A stretch of DNA of 63,576 nucleotides, the filler included, from Octopus bimaculoides (lineage: Eukaryota), in the NCBI RefSeq assembly GCF_001194135.2. It is 5 parts of 5 records of this genome, joined end to end, with 100 filler letters (N's around TTAATTAATTAA, not from the genome) between each part and the next. Parts side by side here need not be neighbours in the genome. Positions count along the whole stretch, not along the records: positions 1 to 30,821 come from NC_068990.1; 4 more parts are not named here. One strand, 5' to 3'. The translations under genes and the position numbers were made by a program. The notes beneath the pieces were generated by a model. The model saw only the letters and a list, made by a program, of their open reading frames with translations, made no database searches and had not been told where the DNA came from. Shown one piece after another: positions 11,901-23,768 of this stretch (positions within the stretch are counted from its first letter, which is position 1; every line of letters starts with the position of its first letter).

Positions 11901-13054
11901 TAAAGAATATATATACATGCATACACACATATATGTACATACCTACATCTACATGTGTATACACATGCACATCAGGGCACAGGACGTTAGAACAATGAAC
12001 CACAGACAACGGAACGAACACACAGGAAAACGGAAAGCCACCCGGAATATCCATTCATCAGCTGTCTCTATTCCAACCAGACGTTTCGAAGATAAGACAG
12101 AACGTACTCTAGAATAGTCTCTANNNNNNNNNNNNNNNNNNNNNNNNNNNNNNNNNNNNNNNNNNNNNNNNNNNNNNNNNNNNNNNNNNNNNNNNNNNNN
12201 NNNNNNNNNNNNNNNNNNNNNNNNNNNNNNNNNNNNNNNNNNNNNNNNNNNNNNNNNNNNNNNNNNNNNNNNNNNNNNNNNNNNNNNNNNNNNNNNNNNN
12301 NNNNNNNNNNNNNNNNNNNNNNNNNNNNNNNNNNNNNNNNNNNNNNNNNNNNNNNNNNNNNNNNNNNNNNNNNNNNNNNNNNNNNNNNNNNNNNNNNNNN
12401 NNNNNNNNNNNNNNNNNNNNNNNNNNNNNNNNNNNNNNNNNNNNNNNNNNNNNNNNNNNNNNNNNNNNNNNNNNNNNNNNNNNNNNNNNNNNNNNNNNNN
12501 NNNNNNNNNNNNNNNNNNNNNNNNNNNNNNNNNNNNNNNNNNNNNNNNNNNNNNNNNNNNNNNNNNNNNNNNNNNNNNNNNNNNNNNNNNNNNNNNNNNN
12601 NNNNNNNNNNNNNNNNNNNNNNNNNNNNNNNNNNNNNNNNNNNNNNNNNNNNNNNNNNNNNNNNNNNNNNNNNNNNNNNNNNNNNNNNNNNNNNNNNNNN
12701 NNNNNNNNNNNNNNNNNNNNNNNNNNNNNNNNNNNNNNNNNNNNNNNNNNNNNNNNNNNNNNNNNNNNNNNNNNNNNNNNNNNNNNNNNNNNNNNNNNNN
12801 NNNNNNNNNNNNNNNNNNNNNNNNNNNNNNNTAAAGAATATATATACATGCATACACACATATATGTACATACCTACATCTACATGTGTATACACATGCA
12901 CATCAGGGCACAGGACGTTAGAACAATGAACCACAGACAACGGAACGAACACACAGGAAAACGGAAAGCCACCCGGAATATCCATTCATCAGCTGTCTCT
13001 ATTCCAACCAGACGTTTCGAAGATAAGACAGAACGTACTCTAGAATAGTCTCTA
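11901..13054. other. identical 223-bp duplication (11901-12123 and 12832-13054) flanking an N gap; probable unmerged contig overlap
   Basis: Copies appear identical and each abuts the gap. Confidence 0.8.
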
Positions 13055-13296
13055 CTTGAGTAGTGGATCAACCCACTACACAGAGGATTTCAAGGTGGCA
13101 AACACAAACCAAGACAGGAAAAATTGGACAGTGAAAATAACATTCAAAAGCCGTACGGCCAAACGCGAATCTGAGGTAGAACAGAAGGGTATAGCAGTGA
13201 AGTAGAGGCCAGGACAGAGGGATAGATAGAAAGATAGAGGAAGACAGATAGATAAATAGATAGACAGATAGATAGATAGATAGATANNNNNNNNNN

Positions 13297-13369
<73 letters not shown>

Positions 13370-13456
13370 AGATTGATACACACATACGTACAAACATCTG
13401 AATATATAAACTTATAGATAGATATAAAACCAAAATAAGCAACAGGATATCCAGAG

Positions 13457-13600
13457 GTAATGCAATACGATCGTTTCAAGCGACTCTGTTTAATTGAACA
13501 ATGCAATCATTACATCAATTTAAATGCAGAGCAANNNNNNNNNNTTGAACAATGCAATCATTACATCAATTTAAATGCAGAGCAATTCTCAGTTGCATAA
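13457..13600 (-). ncRNA. hammerhead ribozyme motif, type I, G8A variant (interrupted by a 10-N gap with a 40-bp duplicated overlap)
   Basis: Minus strand: ATGCAA-CTGAGAA-[long stem II]-GAAAC-GATC-GTA-TTGCAT. Confidence 0.55.
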
Positions 13601-14857
13601 ATACATAGAATTAAATTAAATTAAAACAGATGGACACATTAGTATAATCTTATCTAAATCCTACAAGAAGGTAAGGAGATAGACAAAGAACATGCTGTCT
13701 TCACTTCAGCTTAGAAGCTACTAAGGTATCAGGAAGAAAGACTTGTTAGAGATCTAGCTTGTTACTCAGTCTTTATAGATACAAGCTAAATAAGTAAAGA
13801 AACATTTTTTAGTTTAAATACTTGAATTATTATACATTTTCTATAAATCTTCTCTATTGATGTTAATAAGGTATATATACTTCATCATGGTTTTAGTGAC
13901 TAAGCTATTTTATTCCTTTTCTATGGTGTTCTACCCTACCTGATCATTTTATTATTTTATAATAGCCTTTATGAAATAAACCTAATTTTTGTACCTCTAT
14001 AAATTCATGCTTAACTTATATAAAACAATACCGGTATCTTCACAACTTAAAATAAACTGCTTAGATTATAATTTAGTTAATACCTATTTAGCAAGTTCTT
14101 TTGCCTCAATACTCCTTTATGAAATACCAGTAAATGCCAATGATCAATCGTCATAGATACCATCTAATAAGTTAACATCTAAGTATATAATATATATAAA
14201 TATTAAACTATTTCTATGTAATTTATTTTCCTCCCTCTATTGTGGTAAAATCTAGTATATACTCAAAAGTATTTTTTTTTAATGGTATCCTTTTGTTATT
14301 AGAATCTTGTTATAAGATTTTTCTTAATATAAGATTTTTCTTGATAACCTTAAATTTTAACTTTAATATGGCGATATTGTTTAAAATATTCAACTATAGT
14401 ACCCCATGATAAAATTTCCCCTGTACTATCATCATTGGTTTACTAGAGCCTTGCCCCTTTAATTGTCAACTAATATCTTGATTTAAGATTTCCTTTACCT
14501 CTCATTTCCTTTCCTCTCATTATATTGCTTCAAATTAATCTTGATAATGTTATGACTAATACCCACTATGATTTCTATCGACTCCCTCAGCCCCTTTCCT
14601 AACAGATACTACTCTTTGTTCCTTGGCCTTAGATTTTGATATACAAAGATTTGATAAACAAGACTATAAATTAAAACTGACCCCAAAAAACAGTGACAAG
14701 CTACATCTCTAACAGGTCTTTCTTCCTGATACCTTAGTAGCTTCTAAGCTGAGGTGAAGACAGCATGTTCTTTGTCTATCTCCTTACCTTCTTGGAGGTT
14801 TTAGGTAAAATTATACTAATGTGTCCATCTGTTTTAACTTAATTTAATTCTATGTAT

Positions 14858-14949
14858 TAATGCAGCTGAGGATTGCTCTGCATTTAAATTGATGTAATGA
14901 TTGCATTGTTTAATTAAATGGAATCGCTTGAAACGATCGTACTGCATTA
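14858..14949 (+). ncRNA. hammerhead ribozyme motif, type I, with extended stem II
   Basis: TAATGCAG-CTGAGGA-[57-nt hairpin]-GAAAC-GATC-GTA-CTGCATTA: 8-bp stem I, palindromic stem III (ACGATCGT), GUA site at 14939-14941. Base of stem II is imperfect. Confidence 0.65.
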
Positions 14950-17705
14950 CCTCTGGATATCCTGTTGCTTATTTTGATTTCAATCACCTTATTTTGAAAC
15001 TGTATGGATATTACCGTACTAAATTCTGGTGCCTCAACTTAAGTACCTAATTCATTTGAATCTAAACTTTTGCTATAGATAGATATAGATACACACACAC
15101 ACACACANNNNNNNNNNNNNNNNNNNNNNNNNNNNNNNNNNNNNNNNNNNNNNNNNNNNNNNNNNNNNNNNNNNNNNNNNNNNNNNNNNNNNNNNNNNNN
15201 NNNNNNNNNNNNNNNNNNNNNNNNNNNNNNNNNNNNNNNNNNNNNNNNNNNNNNNNNNNNNNNNNNNNNNNNNNNNNNNNNNNNNNNNNNNNNNNNNNNN
15301 NNNNNNNNNNNNNNNNNNNNNNNNNNNNNNNNNNNNNNNNNNNNNNNNNNNNNNNNNNNNNNNNNNNNNNNNNNNNNNNNNNNNNNNNNNNNNNNNNNNN
15401 NNNNNNNNNNNNNNNNNNNNNNNNNNNNNNNNNNNNNNNNNNNNNNNNNNNNNNNNNNNNNNNNNNNNNNNNNNNNNNNNNNNNNNNNNNNNNNNNNNNN
15501 NNNNNNNNNNNNNNNNNNNNNNNNNNNNNNNNNNNNNNNNNNNNNNNNNNNNNNNNNNNNNNNNNNNNNNNNNNNNNNNNNNNNNNNNNNNNNNNNNNNN
15601 NNNNNNNNNNNNNNNNNNNNNNNNNNNNNNNNNNNNNNNNNNNNNNNNNNNNNNNNNNNNNNNNNNNNNNNNNNNNNNNNNNNNNNNNNNNNNNNNNNNN
15701 NNNNNNNNNNNNNNNNNNNNNNNNNNNNNNNNNNNNNNNNNNNNNNNNNNNNNNNNNNNNNNNNNNNNNNNNNNNNNNNNNNNNNNNNNNNNNNNNNNNN
15801 NNNNNNNNNNNNNNNNNNNNNNNNNNNNNNNNNTGTATGTATGCGTGCGTGGGATCTTGACAAAAGCCCCTCAGACAAAAGCCTCGTAGTTAAAGTGTGA
15901 AAGTGGACAAAAGCCCCACGGTTATATTTTTCGGTTATTTTTTTCGTATTTTTTTTTCTTTTTACTTGTTGCGTGGATCTAGTCTTTTTTTCATTCGCAA
16001 AATATGCATTTTTTAAAAGGAAGTAAAGAAAAATTTGAAAATCGGCTATAATAATGTAGTTTTTCAGTCTCATTATTATGAAGGTATGATGTTGAGAAAA
16101 AAATTGGAGGAAAAGTTACAGAGGTTTAAAAATTGAAAAAACTGTATTTTTAGCCAATAGCGAGACAGAAATTTTCTGCGTTTAGCAGAGCAGTGTCAAC
16201 TTGAAGGTTGTATCCTGTGAAATTTATAGTTTAGCATCTGTGACATGATCTGTTCATTGTAGGTTTCTAAATAAACAGAAATACCTAATAAAATCAACAT
16301 GTATCATCTTACTGTTTCTTTTGTCTCTTTATTGATTGTATGTCTTTATTATTTTTTAAAATTTGTTATATTAATATATTTGTCTGCATGTGTTTACTTT
16401 ATGCGTACTTCAGTATTATGTATACCTGTCATGTATTTGTGTACATCATTAATATATAAGTGCATGTAGATGTATGCATTCATATATAAGTTTATATGTA
16501 CATTTATGCATTCATATGTGTGTGTGTGAAGGGGACGTCTGTATTCAAAATTCCAAAGTTGAGTAACGTTTTCATGCTTGGATTTGCAAACTACGATAAG
16601 AATAACACTGGTCAACAAAGAATTTGCCCCCAAGGTAAAGAATACCTGTATATGTTTTTGCGTGCAGAATTCAAAAATAATGTCAAATTATTTGTATCAC
16701 CCACAGTTTTTTCTGTTCCACGATATCTCTCTCAGTCCTTGTTACGTGGGCTAAATTTCAATTAAGTTGTTGAAATGTGAAGCTAACAGTTTAAGAAATG
16801 CTCTTAATTAAAAATTTTATGAATAGAATTAACCTAGTGAAATCATAAATCTAGCTATCAGAGTCAATGATTCCCCCAAAATATTTGAAACGAAAGATAT
16901 GTGAAAATATTAACACAGAGAAAAAGTACAGAAAAATACTAACACACAGACGCATAGAAAAATATGTAATTATACTAACACACAATTAAAACAAAACATA
17001 GTAAAAAGAATCCCGTGGTGTGAAGAATCAAGTGGGAAATATCAACATGACCGCAGCCACTTGGCTGAAACACATAAATAAATAAATAAATAAATAGAAC
17101 AGACAACAGTGAAGTGAACCACAACACAGCGTGCAGTTGTCATGGTAACAAGCTGCTAATGCTACGCTGTCTGTTGATTGGCTAAAATTACCCAAATTTC
17201 CCAACTTTAATAACATCAGATTCCTTAATTTACGAAATAAATTAGTTGATCGTAATCAAAATTCAGAGTTGCACCAAAACTGAAGCAATTCGAGCAAAAT
17301 TAAAGGGGGAATCATTTTACCAGTGTAAAAGACTAGATCCTCTTGCAGTCATTAGACTGTGGCCATGCTGGAGTACCACCTTGAGGAATTTTTAGTAGAG
17401 TGTATCGCCCCCCAGAATTTTTTTTAATGATTTTCAACCAGCGCATGAAGTTAAGCATAGTTTTCTCCACATATTAGTAATAACAGCCAAATCTCTTGAA
17501 AAAGTTTTGTAAGCCCCTCAGTTTTATTTTTTGGTCATTTTCGACTTTTTTTATTTTCTAAAAATATTTTTACTTGTTTCAGTCATTGGACCGTGGCCAT
17601 CCTAGGGNNNNNNNNNNNNNNNNNNNNNNNNNNNNNNNNNNNNNNNNNNNNNNNNNNNNNNNNNNNNNNNNNNNNNNNNNNNNNNNNNNNNNNNNNNNNN
17701 NNNNN

Positions 17706-18884
17706 TATACATTCAAATTATTTGTTAGTTGTTATAATGTGAACATTTAATATTTAGTAGACATGCTCATTGCATTTTTCAATGCAAGGGCCATATTAGG
17801 CATGTTACTGATCAGATGGTGAATATTCTCTTGCGGAATTTCTTGCTAAGTTTCATGCAATAATCTCAAAAATCTGGCTTTGAAGATGCTTTCTTGTTCT
17901 ATTTATGAAATGTCCTGTCCATTATGCCCCAGAGGTGTTCTATAGGGTTCATATCTGGTGACTGGCTTGGTTAGGGAAGCTTTCTAATGCCATTCTTTTC
18001 CAACAAATCTTGGGTCATTTTAACCGTGTGACAAGGAATCCCATCTTCCATAAATAGAGTCTTCTTTAATCATTTCACCATTGGAGAAGTTTAGAAGGAG
18101 TCCTTTCTGTAATATAGACGCATATTTATTTGAGTTTATCTTTCCCTCACACTCCACTAGCTCTGATCAATCATTGCTACAAATTGTTCCCCAGACCATC
18201 ACAGAATAGCTGCTGTGTTTCATTGCTGGTTGCAATCTTTTTTTCACATCAAATTCTTGATCACAGAGTCTCCAGACCCACACTCGACCACTGTTAGGAA
18301 ATACAGCAAATCTGGACTCCTCAGAGAATATGACAGTGTCCCCAAATGCTAATGGCCTCTCCACTATCTCACTGGCCCAATCTTTTCTCCGTTTCGTATT
18401 GGCTAGTCAAAGATGTGGCTGACTTCTTCTTGTTCTGCCATAGTAACCAAGTTTCTGGAGATACCTGACAGCTGGTCTGGGACTGACATCAACTTGCTCT
18501 GTTATGTCAGAGGTGTTGCATCGAGGATTATCCTCCACACTTCTCTTAGCAAAGAGAAGGGTCTGGCCAGAGGGCCCTGGTTGATCTGGACAAGGTGATG
18601 TGGACTCCTCTCTGGTGAATTGCACAATCACTCTATTAACTGTAGAAAGCTGGATTCGAAGGTTTTCTGCGATTTTACGCTGATTATATCCACCTTCAGA
18701 ATGACCCACAATACGACCTCTTTGAAATTCAGACAGTTCCAAGGCTTCTTTCGTACATGGCATGATTAAACAGTCACATATAGAATCTGAAACATAAAAA
18801 TGTCGATTAATAAGAAATATAAGCCTTTACAAATTAGAATAAACAGAAAACTATGTTTTATGGGGTGTCTATTTACTTCTAACA

Positions 18885-18886
<2 letters not shown>
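17706..18886 (-). mobile_element. decayed Tc1-family (DD34E-type) transposon
   Basis: [11 protein letters not shown] (paired-like HTH), VIFSEESRF, VMVWGTI, EDGIPCHT, SQSPDMNPIEHLW. Multiple stops. The left end runs into a gap. Confidence 0.9.
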
Positions 18887-18931
<45 letters not shown>

Positions 18932-19890
18932 AATTCTCTCGTCGCGAACGACAAATCAGGTTTCAGTTGAGGAAAGCGGTAATTATGTTCTAGGGACACG
19001 CAAGTGTTTCTTGAGGGCTGCTGGTGCTTTGCAAACCACTTGCGAAATGAAACAAATTGAGGACTAAGTGTGCTCGAGTGCCTGTGGATAATTTACCATG
19101 TTTTCTTGAGGGGAAAGCAAGGCCTGCTTTGCTCCGCGCTACAGAATCACAACGACTAGTATGTATGTATCGTACTAAATGTAAATAGATCGTGATAGGT
19201 AAAATATGCTGCGTTATTCGTCCGGTGATATTATCTTCCATGGATGCACTGTTTAAAAACACAATATGTATCTATCGATGAGAGACGAAACTCGTCGCAG
19301 CTGCGATGAGTTTTCGTAGTATATTGGTGGTGACGGATTTCTGATAGGCATGCCGATTATCCGACACCTGACAGTGGTCAATAACTACGGCAGCAATTAC
19401 TAAGCTGGTTAAATTCCTACAATAAACGGATATCTCTTTTCTCGAAACTAATTCCATTTATCCTGCAAAATCCTACTTTTCCGTTGCACATTATTCATCC
19501 GTTTCAAATTTCAATAGGTAAATACTTCTCTTATCTGCTTTACTCCAAGTTCTAGTACATTATTGAACAGATGGTTCTGGAAATATGATTTCGAATGTCC
19601 TTTCACGGTATTAATAGTCTCATCGCAGTTTTCTTTTTATGTCATTCTCATCCTGAGCAAAATCTCCCTTTAATTAAACAGTTTGACTCTAGCTATCGTA
19701 GAAAGTGTAAAGGAAATGGCGAAATTGTTTACTTCGCGGTTATTTTACAAGGGACACTGATCAAAGAAGCAATCTCATTCATATTTAGTGGCAAACGTAA
19801 AGGAAAGAAAAAAAGAGAAAATACAGCATAGGAGGGACAATTTTTTTTACCAAATATTGTATCAGTTTAACGCTTAAAAAAGAAAGAAAG

Positions 19891-19930
19891 TGTCTGGACA
19901 TTTCAAGCGCTTCTCTTTCATCAGAAGAAA
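19891..19930 (-). ncRNA. degenerate minimal hammerhead motif
   Basis: Minus strand: CTGATGA-AAGAG-AAG-CGCTT-GAAAT-GTC. Stem I is broken. The downstream AGCGTTAAACT block is shared with the 61.0 kb element. Confidence 0.4.
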
Positions 19931-20519
19931 AGTGTAGAAGAAAGTAAAGGCGGGGTATGTAAGAAAAAGAAGAAAACAGTTTAGAAGAGAAGAAATAACT
20001 GACGGAATGTTAGGGTTTAGGGCCTTACCGTCTTGAAGGAGCATTTCGCATTGACATTTAGTGCTTACAAATACAGAAATATACATGTGTGTGTGTGAGT
20101 ATGCATGCGTATGCGTGTGTATATGTGTATGTTTATGCACCTAAACACGATATCATATTCACTAGCAACAACAACAAGAACAATAAACTCTGTCCCGTTT
20201 TTAATTTCAGTCATCTTTCCTCTCTAAATCTTGACTTCATTTGTATTTTTGTTTAATTTATTTTTGGTTTATTCCGCAAGATCCATTTTTATCAGGGTAT
20301 ATTAGTTTGACTCCACCTCACTATAGACTAGTTGTTTGTTTTCAACAAAGAACTTAGTCTGATAAAATAAACAACAGTAAGTTCATGTTATTGTTGTTGT
20401 TGTTCTTGTTGTAGTTGGAGGTGGTGGTGGTGGTGGTGGTGGTGGTGGTGGTGTCGACCGCGATGCTGGTGTCGGTGACGCTGGTGATGGTCGTTATGCT
20501 AGTTGTGCTGGTTTGGTAG

Positions 20520-20715
20520 TTTGTTTAAACCTTGTCGGCTATGATTCACTAAATATATGATCAAAATTCTCCCAGTTGTGGCCTTTCTATCATATAGTAT
20601 ATTTTAGAACTAAGTCATGTGGTCTGCACCTTTTCAAGCCCGTAAAGTACACTTTAAGGGAATTTGACTGCTATTTCTAGGTGCATGTAGAGGCTCCAGC
20701 TTTGGTATTGTGTGC
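20520..20715 (+). mobile_element. diverged short interspersed repeat fragment
   Basis: ...TGATCAAAA..CCAG..GTGGCC...AAGGGAATTTGACTGCTATTTCTAG. Related fragments near 32780 (-) and 60380 (+). Confidence 0.4.
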
Positions 20716-21829
20716 AATTTGGTCCGGCTACCTACTTTTCTGTTTTAAAAATTTCGTTATTTTTTGACAAAAACCCAATTTATTTGCTACTAAAGGCTTC
20801 TATAATAATTTCAAATACTTGTTTATATTTTTCCGTGTCAGTCACTGAAATATTAGGGAAATATATGTTTGTATTTCACACGATGGAAACCGGAACAATC
20901 TTTACGTCAGCGTGCATGTTATTTGAACCCTATAGCGCAAAGACTATAAATGTTGGGTTTCCAATAATATATCCTTACTGAATTACCATGTGTCTTACTC
21001 AAAATATTGGATACCAATTGAGTCGTACGTTTATAAATGTGTATACACACTGGTGTTTTAATCATGAGTATACACACTAGTTTATACATGTGTATACATA
21101 CTGGTGTTTCAAGTGTGTATATTAATTCAATTTTAGTCAAGCCTAGCCTCCACACAAATCAGTAGATAACTGTTTACCGATTTCTATATCGGAACAATCA
21201 ATTCCGGCTTAATGCAGAACATCTGAGTATAGTCACTGAGGAGACTAAATCTGGTCTAAACACTGTGTCTGGTGAGCCACTGGTGTTCTTATTTAATCCC
21301 GGTGTTTATAACACACGTTTCTTTGAGACGTTTCTCTTAGACAAAATATTAAGCTAGTATTGTCTCTCTTTATTATACACAATATAAAGTGTGTATACAC
21401 CGGTGTTTGTGTGTGTGTGAGAGCGAGAGAGAGAGAAAATGATAGGAGGGGTGAAAATTTGTCAGATACTGATTCACTGATACACACGTATGCACACAGA
21501 CGAAACATAAAACCACAAATGCTGTTCTCTCATTTCCCACTACAAGATAGAAAAATGAACAACAAATACAAGATTATGAAAAAAAAGTTCGTTTAGTTTT
21601 ATTTTTCAATCTGTCACTATCTGAACTAAATAATAGCGGTGCTTGACACTTGGCAACAGTTTAGGATACATACGCGCGCGCGTTTGTGTGTGTGTATGTG
21701 TTACGGTAATTAACTCATTTCCTCCTCTCTCTTCTCACTTTCATCAATCTTTCGAGCCTAAGCGGCGTCCATGTTATCTTCATGAGGAACCGTTGACTCG
21801 ACTAGATTTACCACTTTCTTTCTTTCATA

Positions 21830-23080
21830 CCGTGTTATGATACCCCGTTTATTCGTATCTGGGATGGAAAAAAATCCTTGATACTCTGGTAAATCTGCAG
21901 TCACTTCCCAATAGCCGTTCCACTTTTCATTGCTCATGGGAAGTTTCTTCTTCAAACGGATCTGTTGTCCTGAGCGCACGAAGGTAATGAAATCTCTGGT
22001 TGCTTTTTTCGATGTTTTTTTTTTTGCCACTGTTGCCAATTTGGTTCTGTATAGCATTGAAGGTAAGTAAACTTAACGACTAGATTATGTATCCATGTAC
22101 ATATATTTAATGCCACATATTTTCCGCATCTGCATATATCATTTTCTGAGACGTTCCATCTTACTAGATTTGTGGGTGATGGCAAGACATCGTAGGATGA
22201 ACGAATCAGAAAACTTAGACGTGATGTAGTCCACTTCCATATCTCATTCCAACTTATTTTTCTCTTAACAACGTATTCCTCCCATTTTGCCATCTGCCCT
22301 TGTTCAGCGCATTGGATCAAATGAAGCTCTCTTCTCTCTGTTTCCCTCGCTTTGACGCTGTTGCTAAAAACAGATCTGCGTTTGCTCCGCATCATGCTTG
22401 CAAACAGCCTGAACCGATCTGCGCCAAATCCAAGTCCCTTCCGATTAATTTGCGTTGCACCCACCATATCTCGGTGTGTAAGTGATAACAAGATGTTATC
22501 AGTCTCTGCTTATGCTTTACACTTCCTGTTTGTTTTTACATCTGGTGGATTACGCCTGCTTTCAATATCCTCCGACTCTCTCAGCATCATCACCGTTTGT
22601 ACCTTCCTTAGTTTATAAATTTTGACTATTGACGCCAGTGGTTACTGCAACGAACCTCTTTTACGATAGAGAGCTGAGGTTTTCAATATCCGAGGTAGGC
22701 CTAACCACTTTCTAATGAACACATTACACATTTGTTCAATGATTTAAACTCGAGACAGTGCCACCTCGTATATTAGAAGAGGCCACGAAAGGCGCGGATA
22801 CAAGTCTAACTATAAACATCATATTTTATATTAGCCTAAAGAGGGCACTCTGCATGATTTGCTTGTCTGTCGACTGAAGTGTCACGTCATCCATGAAGGC
22901 CTTCCTAGGTGATTTACATGGGCGGTTGGTTCCGAAAGGTGCGCTGCTTTCAAAATCATCTCCATGACTAGGATAACCAGATAATATGTGGCCAGCAGCA
23001 ATGCCAATCACCAATTAGTGACAATCTGTTGCAAAATTTCCAGCTGTAAACCTCATCTCAAAACTCGTTATATATATCTA
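21830..23080 (-). pseudogene. HERO/NeSL-like (R2 superfamily) non-LTR retrotransposon remnant
   Basis: KAFMDDVTL (RT motif); QGQMAKWE; ISWNEIWKWTTSRLSFLIRSSYDVLPSPTNLVRW..CRCG (zinc-knuckle region). Frameshifted and truncated before the restriction-like endonuclease core. Confidence 0.8.
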
Positions 23081-23348
23081 TAATATAAATTGAAGTTGGC
23101 CGAGCGTTGTATTCTTTCTTGTCTAGAGGTTCGCGGCCAAACGGCTGAGTGGATTCGCGTGAAAAATGGCACACATGTGGAAACGAGTGCATAAATTGAA
23201 ACGCGCTTTCCATTTTTTCCTAGCCCCATACTTACAGAGAAAATCGATTAAAACAACCTGCGTACGTGCGTGTATGTGAGTGTGTGTCACTGAAGCCATT
23301 CATACATGTATACATAATAAATAAATAAATTGAATGATAAATTTCATT

Positions 23349-23379
<31 letters not shown>

Positions 23380-23768
23380 TTTTCTTTCTCTCTCTCTCTC
23401 ATATACACATACACCATCAACATTTACTCTCTCTGTCATGCACACCCCATCAAACATACGCACTCACATACACAGAGACATACGCACGCACAGCAATTTT
23501 CCCCTCTCACCACAACTTCAAAAGAAGTTCAGTCATAAAACTTGCCATGTATCTTCATTCGACTTCAAAAGATTGCCTTCCCTTTTCACTTGTCCGGCCA
23601 TTGATCGACAGATAAAACAAACCAACTCCTGCTAAATGCAAAAATCCCGCCAAAAATACACACACATACACACACAAACGGACATTTCATGTCTTTCAGT
23701 TTCTCTATGATTATACACGCGTCGAAAACAATAGCTCATTTTAATCTTCAACAGGTATGTATCAATTT

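Larger units (their letters stand above)
13431..14976 (-). mobile_element. Penelope-like element remnant with inverted pseudo-LTRs
   Basis: About 285-bp inverted repeats (13431-13770 and 14692-14976, roughly 90% identical). The interior on the minus strand shows weak PLE RT traces (GIYDD*SLAFTGIS*RSIEAK). Each repeat carries a hammerhead motif. Confidence 0.65.

Noticed and set aside
12040-12100. Permuted (type II-like) hammerhead on the minus strand: GAAACGTC...CTGATGA (repeated at about 12975-13030)
   Set aside because: Stem I is off by one nucleotide and stem II does not pair convincingly.
11901-13054. Apparent tandem duplication of 223 bp, and the 40-bp duplication around 13535-13544
   Set aside because: Identical copies abut N gaps; best explained as unmerged contig overlaps.
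23712-23762. CTGTTGAAGA at the 3' end of the PLE (minus strand) followed by GACGCGTGTAT
   Set aside because: It would link the A6U core to a PLE, but it lacks GAAA and a cleavage triplet, and stem II is poor. Too many changes are needed.
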